Below, piece after piece: positions 10,172 through 19,596 of a DNA stretch of 64,000 bases; the stretch's first letter is position 1; every line of letters begins with the position of its first letter. The stretch comes from a virus. Where the stretch lies: the IMG/VR virus record IMGVR_UViG_3300050166_000025, positions 32,001-96,000 of that record. The stretch is one strand, 5' to 3'. Under the pieces are notes generated by a model, which worked only from the letters and a program-made list of their open reading frames with translations, was not told where the DNA came from and did no database searches. A program made the translations under genes and the position numbers.

Positions 10172-11364
10172 TAAAATAGTGTTGATGAATAGATTAAATT
10201 TCTATTTAAAGTTTGTAGACCTACGCAGCCTAATACTCGATTCAATGGATCAATGATACATTTTTCAAATTGAGTTTCATAGTCCATTGCTGGAGCAAAC
10301 TCATAGGGGTGATCTCCTGGCAAGTAGCCAAACATCTCGCATACAGCATGTTCACAGTGATATAGTTTTAACTTTTCACCGTTATTAATCATTCTGTATT
10401 TAGACTTATACTTTGAATTGTTATTCATTAAGTAGTTGTAAAAACCAGCAGCTTTAACGTTAGGTGGACATTTAAGACCATACTCAAAACGACTATGATC
10501 ATCTATGATATACTTTTCAATGTTATTGGTTCTCTTATTGAATGAAATCTCGTCTACGCTTACCATCTTAAACTCTTTCTTGACTTTCTTTAAGAATGTC
10601 ACAATGGTGGTTAGTGTTTCTGGTGTAGGTTTCTTTTCAAAAAGAATCTGCAAAGCTTCTGCTAGTTTTTTTCTGGCGAATGTTGGTGTAGAAGATTGAA
10701 TGGTATCATATCCAACTGTTTTAATCTTCTTTAGCATTTTATGTCTTTCGCTCTTGCTCAACTTATCATCCCATGCTAGATTCTGCAGATACTTTTTCTT
10801 TGCCATCCAGATTCCTGAGTACGCAATCGATTCCATTTCAAAAACTAAGAAGGAATCTGTATTTGTATTTTCAGCGTACTTATCAAGTGCCTTAACAATA
10901 TAGTCTTTAATTCTAAGATCATATATCGCTAAGATGAATGTTACAATGTCCATCTTTTCACCTAACCATTCGATAGATTCATACATTTCCTGAAATTGAA
11001 CGTAGTTTGAATCTGTATCAATATAAATTACAGCCGGTTTATAAACTGGTTTATTTACCTTGATATTAAACTTCTTATGAATCTCTGTGTCCTTTATGAA
11101 AAAGTCTTGAAAATACTTGTTTAGAATCTTTTCTGAATATAAGATAGCGTTTTGTCCTTGTAATGTAATAGACTCTGCGATATCGATATTAAAGAAGTGA
11201 AACCACTTATTTCCAAATGCACCATAAATTGAGTTAAGCATAACTTTAACGGCTTGTTCGTATGCAGTAAACTTAGCAGACTCTACTTCATAGAAATCTG
11301 CTAAGTGTTTCATCTCTTCAAGCGTTAATTCTTCTTCTGGCTTATTTAGAAGTTGTTCTATCAT
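10171..11364 (-). CDS. gp43: DNA polymerase B, C-terminal subunit (gp43B)
   Basis: Motif B KVMLNSIYG, motif C YIDTDS, KKKY; no exonuclease domain or motif A. Confidence 0.92.
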   Translation of the reverse strand: MIEQLLNKPEEELTLEEMKHLADFYEVESAKFTAYEQAVKVMLNSIYGAFGNKWFHFFNIDIAESITLQGQNAILYSEKILNKYFQDFFIKDTEIHKKFNIKVNKPVYKPAVIYIDTDSNYVQFQEMYESIEWLGEKMDIVTFILAIYDLRIKDYIVKALDKYAENTNTDSFLVFEMESIAYSGIWMAKKKYLQNLAWDDKLSKSERHKMLKKIKTVGYDTIQSSTPTFARKKLAEALQILFEKKPTPETLTTIVTFLKKVKKEFKMVSVDEISFNKRTNNIEKYIIDDHSRFEYGLKCPPNVKAAGFYNYLMNNNSKYKSKYRMINNGEKLKLYHCEHAVCEMFGYLPGDHPYEFAPAMDYETQFEKCIIDPLNRVLGCVGLQTLNRNLIYSSTLF

Positions 11365-12110
11365 TAATCAGCTGATTGACAAGTTGCAATTGTTAGAAGA
11401 GTATTTGAATCCTTTGAGCGTAATACTACTCGGTTAGAGAATACGTTTGCCGCATAATCTTCTTTATCAAATAGATTTAAGTATTTCTTGTAGATCACTG
11501 CATTGGATTTAGCAGCACCCGTAGTGTTGATTAATTTACTGTAAGACTTACCTTTAATACGAACACCTTCTTTAGAAGAAGAGATTGTAAAGGTTTCATC
11601 TTTATCTAAACCAAATAAAGATTTGATTTTAGTAACCTCGTTGTGAGTAATGTCGAAGTTAACGTCAGCTCCTTCTAGAGAGAAGATGTTCTGTAATTGT
11701 GCTTCAGTTAAGTCTTTGAAGCCAAGAGATGGCTCTGAACAAGCTAAAGTAATCTCTAACTCGTCATTAAAAATCTTAAAGCTAGAAGCTACAAAATCTT
11801 CATCATTTTCTAAGAATTCAATTTCAGCTTGAATAGAATCATACTCAAATTGACGGAATGCATCAATTAATTTATTTGCATCAAAGAATGCAACTTTAAG
11901 CTCCTTTGTGGTTTCAATCTTATTAGCTAGTGCAAAGATTTCATTTACTGGAACTTGGTGATGCTTAACTGCGTCACGCTGAGGCAAATAAGCCGAAGAG
12001 ATAATACGATCATCCTTAATCTTGAAGTAGATGAATGAATCGATAACCTTGAGACGATTGACGAACGTGATGAATGAGTTCTGATCAACCTTAGAGATTG
12101 TTACTTTCAT
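11364..12110 (-). CDS. sliding clamp (gp45-like)
   Basis: 248 aa, two-domain clamp-like alpha/beta pattern, positioned next to the polymerase. Confidence 0.6.
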   Translation of the reverse strand: MKVTISKVDQNSFITFVNRLKVIDSFIYFKIKDDRIISSAYLPQRDAVKHHQVPVNEIFALANKIETTKELKVAFFDANKLIDAFRQFEYDSIQAEIEFLENDEDFVASSFKIFNDELEITLACSEPSLGFKDLTEAQLQNIFSLEGADVNFDITHNEVTKIKSLFGLDKDETFTISSSKEGVRIKGKSYSKLINTTGAAKSNAVIYKKYLNLFDKEDYAANVFSNRVVLRSKDSNTLLTIATCQSAD

Positions 12111-12134
12111 ATTTATTTTTTGTTACGTTTAGTT

Positions 12135-12161
12135 ATTCTATATGAAAGATGCAGTTTGTTT
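12135..12161 (-). promoter_or_regulatory. putative middle promoter AAACAA-N15-TAGAAT
   Basis: Repeated motif with fixed spacing. Confidence 0.55.
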
Positions 12162-12167
12162 CAAAAC

Positions 12168-12255
12168 AAAAAAAGGGCAGGAATAGTAGCGAACGTTTTC
12201 CTGCCCAAGCCGTTAACTAAGAACGGTCCTAAAATGTGGCCGTCTTTCAGGCCAC
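12168..12255 (-). ncRNA. structured 3' element of nrdA: two hairpins plus an intrinsic terminator
   Basis: GTGGCC/GGCCAC, CCGTT/AACGG and GGGCAGGAA/TTCCTGCCC stems followed by a U7 tract; GC-rich in an AT-rich context. Confidence 0.55.
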
Positions 12256-12263
12256 CGGATCTT

Positions 12264-13919
12264 TTATGCCTCGCAGCTTGCGCAATCCAATATATCTCTT
12301 GCGAATGACTGCGCTGAACTCTGGCTAAATTGATAATATAGAGTCTTAACTCCTGACTCATGTGCTCTAAGATATAATTGATTAATATCTTTTGCTGGCA
12401 CACTTGGGTGAATCATTAAATTCAGAGACTGTGATTGGTCAATAAATTGTTGTCTTTGACCAGCTTGTAAGATAATTTCACTTGGAGAGATCTCAACGAA
12501 TGACTTAAATACCCTTTTAGTTGGAAAGTCTAAGTGCTGAACTGAACCATCTCTTTTCAAGATTCCTTCCCAAACATCGGGAGTATTCAAATCATATTTA
12601 ATTAGCTCTTTAATTAAGAAAGGATTCTTATAGATGGTCTTTGATTTCGCCAAGTCTTTTACAAAATAGTTAGACTTAATAGGCTCGATTCCCATTGACA
12701 CTTGCCCATGAATAAAAGAGCTTGATTTAGTTGGAGCGATTGCAATCAAGGTAGTGTTTGCAAATCCTTCTCTTAAAGAACGGTATCCCTTCTCATCATG
12801 TAACCATTTTGAAGCCAGTTCTGTCTTCTCTTTAAGAGTTTTAAAGATTTGGAAGTTTAACTGTTTTGCCTCTAGTGAATCAAACTCAATTAGCTTTGAT
12901 TGGAATAGAGAATGGTACCCTAAGACTCCAACTCCAAGAGCTCTGTGCTGCTCTGCGAACCGGTGTGCTCTTGACATACCTGGTAGATTATATGATTTCT
13001 TAACGAATTCATCCATTACTGCGTTTAAGAACATTGTATAGATCTCGATAGCGTCAGTGTCCTTTAATTCATCCCAATGTAAAAGATTGATAGAACCTAA
13101 ACAGCATACGAACGAATTGAATGAGTCGGTCGGTAATTGAATCTCTGAGCACAGGTTACTTGCTGTAATGTCAAGTCCTAGAGCCTTATATGGTGAATTA
13201 TTATTAGAGTTGTCCTTGAACATAATGTAAGGAAAACCAAACTCGTTTCTTCTCTGAATAATCTTAGCCCAGATCTTGCGCTTATCAGCATCACCGGCTT
13301 TCATTTCTTCTATCCACTTATCAGTAACTGTAACACCATACTGTAAGTTTTGAATTGGATTTCCATCCGAACCAATATCTAAAAATTCTAGGATATCACT
13401 GTGCTCTACCGGTAACCAGGCTGCGCATGCTCCTCTTCTTGCTTCTGATTGTTTACATACGTCAACTGTTGTATCGTACATTCTAGCGTAGTGAACTGGG
13501 CCATCTGCTGTTCCGCCTGTTGAAATCTTCGTGCCTCTTGCTCTAATATTACCTAAGAAGATGGAGGTTCCTCCACCATACTTTGACATCATTCCAATTT
13601 CTCTAGAACCATTTAAGATACTATCTAATGTGTCATCGACATTAGAACCGTAGCAGCTGATTGGAAGACCTTTGTCTTTGCCAAAATTAATCCAAACTGG
13701 TGTTGAGAGACTGTAAAATCCTCTAGCCATATAGTCTTCAAACTTCTTTGCAAAGCCTTCAACCTTTAAGTATTTTTCTGCTCTATTTGCAATGTCTTTA
13801 ATTCTTTGTTCAGGCGTTTCTGTAATATAACCCCTTGATAAAAAAGTACGGCTCTCTTCATTTAACCAATAATATCTTTCTCTTGTGCCCTCCATAGGAT
13901 CGTTGCCGTTCATTTGCAT
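12264..13919 (-). CDS. nrdA: ribonucleotide reductase class I alpha subunit (no ATP cone)
   Basis: STPVWINFG, ISCY, GGGTS, SNLCSEI, IAPT, KTLYY, C-terminal CASCEA. Confidence 0.95.
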   Translation of the reverse strand: MQMNGNDPMEGTRERYYWLNEESRTFLSRGYITETPEQRIKDIANRAEKYLKVEGFAKKFEDYMARGFYSLSTPVWINFGKDKGLPISCYGSNVDDTLDSILNGSREIGMMSKYGGGTSIFLGNIRARGTKISTGGTADGPVHYARMYDTTVDVCKQSEARRGACAAWLPVEHSDILEFLDIGSDGNPIQNLQYGVTVTDKWIEEMKAGDADKRKIWAKIIQRRNEFGFPYIMFKDNSNNNSPYKALGLDITASNLCSEIQLPTDSFNSFVCCLGSINLLHWDELKDTDAIEIYTMFLNAVMDEFVKKSYNLPGMSRAHRFAEQHRALGVGVLGYHSLFQSKLIEFDSLEAKQLNFQIFKTLKEKTELASKWLHDEKGYRSLREGFANTTLIAIAPTKSSSFIHGQVSMGIEPIKSNYFVKDLAKSKTIYKNPFLIKELIKYDLNTPDVWEGILKRDGSVQHLDFPTKRVFKSFVEISPSEIILQAGQRQQFIDQSQSLNLMIHPSVPAKDINQLYLRAHESGVKTLYYQFSQSSAQSFARDILDCASCEA

Positions 13920-13946
13920 ATATTTAATTGTTTTTAAAATTTAGGA

Positions 13947-14927
13947 TTAAAATAAATCGTCTTCTGTAATACTCTTACTCTTCTTATTGTAATCAACTGA
14001 TTTTTTGTAAAAGAAATCTCCCTCCTTAGTTGAAAGAATCTCAACATCAAACCATAGAGTCTTCTCAAGTTCTTGAAAGTCAACCTCGAATACTGGCTCC
14101 ATTCCAATTCTCTGTAAAGAATTATTGAATCTATTTTGAATAAAGTTTTTGATTGTGTCTTTCGAAAGAAAATCAAGTTCTCCTTCTTCAAAGATCCAGT
14201 CTAAGATTTTGCATTCTGAAGCATACGCTTTTTTGCAAGCAGAGTCAATCAGTTCTTCGAATTCTTTATCGAACCACTCTGGATTTTCAGCCTTGATAAT
14301 ATTAATCAGCTCGGAGCCAAAATTACCGTGAATCTCTTCTTCCTTTGAAGTGGCTTCAACCACGTTAGAGATACCCTTAAAGACGTTCTTCTCCTTGTTG
14401 AATGACATCATAATCAAGAACTGACTAAATAAGCTAACGTGTTCGATGAACAGAGAGAATAAAAGAACGCTCTTGGTGTACATCTTATTGTCCTTGCTTC
14501 TAGTACCGTCTAGGTATTTAGATAGGTATGCAATTCTATCTTTGATTGCTGGAATCTCTACTACGTTCTGGAATTCTTCTTCAAGTCCTAGAACTCTTAA
14601 TAGCTGTGCGTAAGCATCTTTGTGTCTTACTTCCGATTCAGCAAAGGTCATGCCTACATCGCCGATTTCAGTGATTGGCATTCTCTTATAAAGATCTGCC
14701 CAGAAAGTTTTAACGTTAACTTCAATTTGTGCAATGGCTAGCATCGCTCTTTTAATTACTTCTCTTTCTTGATCAGTGATTTTTGTCTTAAAATCATCGA
14801 TATCAGTGGTAAAGTTAAATTCAGTGTGAATCCAGTATGAGTGTCTAATTGCGTCTTTATAAGCTAGAAGTGACGGGTACTCGTATGGTAGAATGTTAAC
14901 TCTTTTTTCAAAAATATTATTGTTCAT
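13947..14927 (-). CDS. nrdB: ribonucleotide reductase beta subunit, class Id-like
   Basis: QIEVNVKTFW (Glu as first metal ligand plus Lys), ESEVRHKDAY, IEHVSLFSQF, EEEIH, DFF. Confidence 0.93.
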   Translation of the reverse strand: MNNNIFEKRVNILPYEYPSLLAYKDAIRHSYWIHTEFNFTTDIDDFKTKITDQEREVIKRAMLAIAQIEVNVKTFWADLYKRMPITEIGDVGMTFAESEVRHKDAYAQLLRVLGLEEEFQNVVEIPAIKDRIAYLSKYLDGTRSKDNKMYTKSVLLFSLFIEHVSLFSQFLIMMSFNKEKNVFKGISNVVEATSKEEEIHGNFGSELINIIKAENPEWFDKEFEELIDSACKKAYASECKILDWIFEEGELDFLSKDTIKNFIQNRFNNSLQRIGMEPVFEVDFQELEKTLWFDVEILSTKEGDFFYKKSVDYNKKSKSITEDDLF

Positions 14928-14983
14928 TTTTGTCTTTTTTTATAAAACTAGATTAAATATGCTAACTTGTTATATATTCGAAC

Positions 14984-16414
14984 TTAGTTTTTAGGGGCTA
15001 AATTTGCTTTCTCTATTTCAGCAATTTTTTTTCTTAATAAATCTGCTTTAGTGTAATAAGTATACGAGAGCTTCTTATAATGCTTTCTTTGGTCATATAG
15101 ATCAGATAATATTTTTTTCAAAATAGATTCTTCCTTTGAATAAACTACACCGTTTTCACAAACAATTACGTTCTTATCTTTGCGTCTTTCTGCTATTTTA
15201 TCCGGCGTTACTTTTTCAACAAAGGCATCGGGCGAGATATTAAATTGTCTCATAATCGAAGGATATAGAGATGCAAAGTCAAAGGCTGTAACTCCTTCGT
15301 AGAATCCAACTAAAGGCTCTTTTACAAAGGCTCCAGCGTACTGCGTATCTTTCTTATTGTCTTCTCTTGGTTCTGTTCCAATACGTTTGCCGTCTTCGGT
15401 TAATTTTCTAGCGATAAGAGCTTCGGTTACTGCCACCGGGCTCGCTGCTTTATATAGAGGCATCTTTGCAATCGAGGCTAGAGTCAATAAGACTTCCATT
15501 GACTTTAACTTTTTATCAATGTAATAGACTAGAATTGAATCGACAACGTTATAGTAGATGTATTTTGTAAAGTTATCTCTATATAAATCCTGTAAAGATC
15601 CTGTGTATTTAATCTTATTTGTTTTAAGTACTTGACCGGCCACAAAATCTAGAGCGTTAGACTCTTTTACTTTTACAGAGCGATCATACTTATCGTATAA
15701 CTGCATGTAGTCTAGAATGCCCATGTGAAGAGGACGTGAGTCTTCGGAATCCAATGAACCAGTTTTAGCGGCTTCAGTGATATCGATCTGTAATCTTTTG
15801 CATCGATTTACAATATATTGCCAGTCATAGTTGATAAAGTTCCAACCTGTCATCATTGGAAAGCGAGTCATAAACTTATTGACAAATGTATACACCATAT
15901 CATATTCTGTCTTGAATTTGATATACTGAAAGGACCATTCATCATTAAATTGCTTAAAATACTCGTTCGTATCATCTTCAATCTTCTTGATCTTATCGGC
16001 TTCCATGTCCTCTAAACCCAATACAATTACTTTCTTAGAAGGAGTGACGATTGAAAATGCTAAGATTCTTGATTTAGCCTCCTCTGCTTTTGGAAAACCA
16101 TCGACGATTTCAGTTTCAATATCGACAAAGTAGGTCTTTGGCATATTGTACTCGTAGATTTCTGCTTTATCTGCCTCAGGTAAACCATCCATGAAATAAA
16201 CCAATGAGAACTTATTAAACTGTCTGGACGGAGACATTTTTACAGAACGACCATCCCAGTTCTTAAACTTCTCACTAGTGTCACGCTCTTTCGCATCACA
16301 CACATGCCAATTCTTAAACTGCGCGATCGGGTAACGTTTAAAGGCTACTTCGCCTTCTTTATTGTAATACGATACGATAATTTCCTTATCTCTTTGTTCT
16401 ATATCTAATAGCAT
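14984..16414 (-). CDS. gp43: DNA polymerase B, N-terminal subunit (3'-5' exonuclease + motif A; gp43A)
   Basis: ExoI DIETE, ExoII GWNFINYDWQY, ExoIII YNVVD, motif A DFASLYPSIM; ends in the fingers helix. Start set at MLLDIE, after the upstream stop. Confidence 0.92.
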   Translation of the reverse strand: MLLDIEQRDKEIIVSYYNKEGEVAFKRYPIAQFKNWHVCDAKERDTSEKFKNWDGRSVKMSPSRQFNKFSLVYFMDGLPEADKAEIYEYNMPKTYFVDIETEIVDGFPKAEEAKSRILAFSIVTPSKKVIVLGLEDMEADKIKKIEDDTNEYFKQFNDEWSFQYIKFKTEYDMVYTFVNKFMTRFPMMTGWNFINYDWQYIVNRCKRLQIDITEAAKTGSLDSEDSRPLHMGILDYMQLYDKYDRSVKVKESNALDFVAGQVLKTNKIKYTGSLQDLYRDNFTKYIYYNVVDSILVYYIDKKLKSMEVLLTLASIAKMPLYKAASPVAVTEALIARKLTEDGKRIGTEPREDNKKDTQYAGAFVKEPLVGFYEGVTAFDFASLYPSIMRQFNISPDAFVEKVTPDKIAERRKDKNVIVCENGVVYSKEESILKKILSDLYDQRKHYKKLSYTYYTKADLLRKKIAEIEKANLAPKN

Positions 16415-16415
16415 A

Positions 16416-16883
16416 TTAGTATCCTCTTGCTTGACGTGCCTTATTTTCTGCAGCTTTTGTGAAATAGAAATTATAAGCTGTCTTTGCATCTAAGCCAATA
16501 GAAGCTGCGTAATTAATAAAGAAGTGAAGAATGTCAATCCATTCCATGTAAAGTTCTTTCTTATCTCCTTCTGACAAGTCTGCAACCTTTAATGTGTCAT
16601 ACTTGGCAAAGTCTTTCTTCCAATATTTCCAAACTGCATTACCACTACCATCTTTAATACCGCCTAAAGCATCTGTCATCTCGTGAATTTCATCAATCAC
16701 AGCGTGCGTATTTACATGCCAAAAATTCATGACTTCTCTGATTGTCATATCTTCAAACTTAATACCATACGTATTCTCCTGCATCTCTTTCTGATGCTGC
16801 ATGATATCTGCTAGGTGTGTTGTTGATTGGTCATAGAAGTCATTTACTTCCAGGTCTTTGCATTCATTATCTATATTTGCCAT
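16416..16883 (-). CDS. gp56: dCTPase/dUTPase (T4 gp56-like)
   Basis: NEC..L, DEIHEM, AVWKYWK, EWIDILHF and terminal RQARGY parallel T4 gp56. Confidence 0.85.
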   Translation of the reverse strand: MANIDNECKDLEVNDFYDQSTTHLADIMQHQKEMQENTYGIKFEDMTIREVMNFWHVNTHAVIDEIHEMTDALGGIKDGSGNAVWKYWKKDFAKYDTLKVADLSEGDKKELYMEWIDILHFFINYAASIGLDAKTAYNFYFTKAAENKARQARGY

Positions 16884-16899
16884 ATCTTTTTATTTTTAA

Positions 16900-16926
16900 G
16901 TTATATGATGAGACTGCCTTTTGTTT
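16900..16926 (-). promoter_or_regulatory. putative middle promoter AAACAA-N15-TATAAC
   Basis: Repeated motif with fixed spacing. Confidence 0.55.
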
Positions 16927-16964
16927 AAGGAAAAATCAGAATTTTTATCCAATGGTTAGATATA

Positions 16965-16992
16965 AAGAAAATGGCCTCGATAAGAGGCCATT
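16965..16992 (-). terminator. intrinsic terminator after the glucosyltransferase
   Basis: AATGGCCTC/GAGGCCATT stem followed by a T-rich tract on the minus strand. Confidence 0.7.
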
Positions 16993-16995
16993 CAA

Positions 16996-18228
16996 TTAAA
17001 ATAAAGCGCTTGGCTTAGGCGTTTCAGCTTCAATGCTGGGTGTTCTTTTCTTGGTTGCAATTGCATCTAAATGCATTTGGCGATACACTACGTCATTGCC
17101 ACAGTGTGCTTTTGCAATTTCAAAGCATCGTTGACGTCGTAGTTCTCTGGCTGTATGATCATTTGCCAATTCTGCTAATTGATCTGCTGTATCGGCTAGG
17201 TTTGAACGATCACTGTATACTGCAAAGTCTTTCATCTTTGCAAACAAGGTTCCATTTAGATGGGTGCAATTATCCGCCCAATGCTTATCAAAAACTGGAA
17301 TGGTTCCACATGCAATGATTTCGCACATTGCAAACTCCATATTATTGCCGTAAGCCTCAGCATCTAAATTGTAGAAGTCAGCACCAAACATAGAAGTTGA
17401 AAGCTCTTCAATTCCTTCAAGTCTGTTGTAAGGTCCGTAGATCCAAACTTTATCAGCAGTTTGCTCAGCTGGTTCCGGGTTCTTATTGTTGACCTCGTAA
17501 ATATTTGGTCTGTATGAATTTTGACGATCCGTTAAGTCTGAATAGAATAGGTCTAATGAGCCAATGGAGCGTTCAATGCCTCTCATCTCTCCAATCACAT
17601 TGACCCTTTCAAGTTCTGCTTGCATATCTACAATTCGCTGTGGATCCTTAAAGCCTGCAAATCTGCCAAAATATGAGATGCGTCTCTTCTGCTCTTCAAC
17701 TGGCTTCCAATATTGTCTTAAGGAGTCAAAGTCAAAACCCAGACCCATCTTAATGACTGGCACGTTTGGATTAAACTCTTTCATCTTCTTTGCAAATGGA
17801 GACGATAGGGAGTGCGTGAATGAAGCGTCCATTTGACCCATAGTTTCCCATATCATTGAGTTTCTAATCAACGACTGCGCTTTGTGGTCATTCTGGTGTG
17901 ATAATTTGATTGGCTTAGTAACTCCGCAAACTAGATGGTCGTAGAAAGCCTTTTGATAAGGCTCTGAATGTCCTTTCTTTGACGGAAGAGATTGATAATA
18001 TACAATGTCGTACTCTTCGTTCAACTTTCTTGAAAGAGCTTCTATCTCATTATTACCAAACTCAATGATGTCATTTTCCTGTGCGTCCTTCCGGCCCCAT
18101 TTCTTATCTGAGCCAGCATAGATATCGCATTGCATATCATTATTACGATACCATTTCTGCTCTTCTAATGCGTACCTGGTAACGCCGCAACCCTCGATAC
18201 CTCTACCTAAAATAATAGCTGCTTTCAT
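16996..18228 (-). CDS. agt: DNA alpha-glucosyltransferase homolog (T4 Agt-like, GT-B fold)
   Basis: GRGIEGCGVTRYALE (T4: ARGLEGCGVTKFSLE), HQNDH, GRF..FK, GIERS, EIIACGTIPVF. Confidence 0.85.
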   Translation of the reverse strand: MKAAIILGRGIEGCGVTRYALEEQKWYRNNDMQCDIYAGSDKKWGRKDAQENDIIEFGNNEIEALSRKLNEEYDIVYYQSLPSKKGHSEPYQKAFYDHLVCGVTKPIKLSHQNDHKAQSLIRNSMIWETMGQMDASFTHSLSSPFAKKMKEFNPNVPVIKMGLGFDFDSLRQYWKPVEEQKRRISYFGRFAGFKDPQRIVDMQAELERVNVIGEMRGIERSIGSLDLFYSDLTDRQNSYRPNIYEVNNKNPEPAEQTADKVWIYGPYNRLEGIEELSTSMFGADFYNLDAEAYGNNMEFAMCEIIACGTIPVFDKHWADNCTHLNGTLFAKMKDFAVYSDRSNLADTADQLAELANDHTARELRRQRCFEIAKAHCGNDVVYRQMHLDAIATKKRTPSIEAETPKPSALF

Positions 18229-18497
18229 TATACTTGTTTTTCGTTAATGTAATTTTCAAGACCTTGAATGTATGCGACCGCATCTAATAGATTGTCACGC
18301 TTGTGATTGTAGCTTTCACGAGAAAATTTAAGTGCTACTAGAGCCATGAACATTTCACGACCGGTGACAGAGAGACCTGTCATACCATTAAAAATCATTG
18401 CTGCTCTGTCCATGCCTTCGGAGAAAGGGCCATATTGACGATCTGCTTCTTCTGAACGATTGTTAACGATTGAATTTGCTTCTTCTAAAATTGTCAT
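18228..18497 (-). CDS. DUF6378-like small all-alpha nucleotide-metabolism protein
   Basis: ILEEA..IV..R...YG, LKFSRE...HKRDNLLDAVAY pattern. Confidence 0.7.
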   Translation of the reverse strand: MTILEEANSIVNNRSEEADRQYGPFSEGMDRAAMIFNGMTGLSVTGREMFMALVALKFSRESYNHKRDNLLDAVAYIQGLENYINEKQV

Positions 18498-18514
18498 TCT
18501 ATAATATTTAAGAG

Positions 18515-18877
18515 TTATACAGTATATATGTCTTTTGTTTCTAAATAACTTTTAATTAGATTGATAGTTTGAGGTTCTGCGCCTGGATCGTTCCATACTC
18601 TATTCAGCCCACTTGGATGTGGAACTTTAAGATGATTAACCCCATTTCTTATCAGCCAATCGCTCGGCTGATTTCCAAGAGCTATCACTTTATCATACCC
18701 TATGAGCTGTTCTGCTTTCAGTGTAACCTCTTTCATTTTCAAAGAGGCTGTGTGATAGTCTACTAAGTTATACCAATCATATTGTGTTTCGCCTAGCCAT
18801 CGCTTGACTTTAATTCTAGTAATGGATTTAGATTCTGAGACTTTACCGGGAGAGTGGCCAACTATAACTACTCTCAT
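18515..18877 (-). CDS. minimal uracil-DNA glycosylase-superfamily protein
   Basis: VVIVGHSPG (motif A), VIALG, VPHPSGLNRVWN (motif B). Confidence 0.7.
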   Translation of the reverse strand: MRVVIVGHSPGKVSESKSITRIKVKRWLGETQYDWYNLVDYHTASLKMKEVTLKAEQLIGYDKVIALGNQPSDWLIRNGVNHLKVPHPSGLNRVWNDPGAEPQTINLIKSYLETKDIYTV

Positions 18878-19098
18878 AACGGTGCTTCTTCATTAACCCA
18901 TTCCACCTTTCCTTTGGCCACACCCATAATTTTTACAAAACTATCGTTGCCTTTGGTTGCGATCTTCTTAGTTTTTTCAATTGCCTCATCCATTGTCCAT
19001 GCCATTACACAACATGAAAAATCCTGCTTCACGTTCCAGTATGGAAGTCTAAGCAGCTCGTCTTTGTATTGTAAATAATAAACTAAAAAAGGTTCCAT
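18874..19098 (-). CDS. hypothetical protein
   Basis: 74-aa ORF; ATGA overlap with the downstream gene. Confidence 0.65.
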   Translation of the reverse strand: MEPFLVYYLQYKDELLRLPYWNVKQDFSCCVMAWTMDEAIEKTKKIATKGNDSFVKIMGVAKGKVEWVNEEAPL

Positions 19099-19105
19099 GT
19101 TAAAT

Positions 19106-19588
19106 TTATCTTAATCCTCTAGTGCTTTTTCTACCTAATTGAATTGCTATTTCGGATGGAGTTTGACCCAAGCCGGCTTCTCTTTTATACCACCAATATA
19201 GGTCTTCAATGCTTCCAGAACTGAAGTCTGACTCCATCGCTCGATCCCATAGGCAAACTCCAAATTCAAGGGCCAACTCTGCCTTTAAATGGTCTATAAT
19301 TTTAAGCTCTTCTTCATGAGCTTTTTCCATCAGTTTCAAAGCCTTGATTCTTTTCATTCTAGCAGCATCTTCAGCCGCTCTTCGTCGATTCCATTCTTCA
19401 GAGCCTCGATAATTCTTATATGCTTCATCGTATGACATGTTGGCCTCTTGTCGAGTATGTTCTGCCTCTAGAAACATATAAGAGTAATCAAAGTCACCGT
19501 GAAGGATTTTAAGCAGAAGTGGTGCATTTGCCGGAAGAGGTCTTCTGGGTCTGCCCTTAGTATACCACCTGTATTTATTATAAGCCAT
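19106..19588 (-). CDS. hypothetical protein
   Basis: 160-aa ORF within the operon. Confidence 0.7.
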   Translation of the reverse strand: MAYNKYRWYTKGRPRRPLPANAPLLLKILHGDFDYSYMFLEAEHTRQEANMSYDEAYKNYRGSEEWNRRRAAEDAARMKRIKALKLMEKAHEEELKIIDHLKAELALEFGVCLWDRAMESDFSSGSIEDLYWWYKREAGLGQTPSEIAIQLGRKSTRGLR

Positions 19589-19596
19589 GTGAAAGA

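Noticed and set aside
12161-12403. 80-aa minus ORF and 62-aa plus ORF over the nrdA end
   Set aside because: They overlap nrdA and the structured RNA/terminator and show no protein features.
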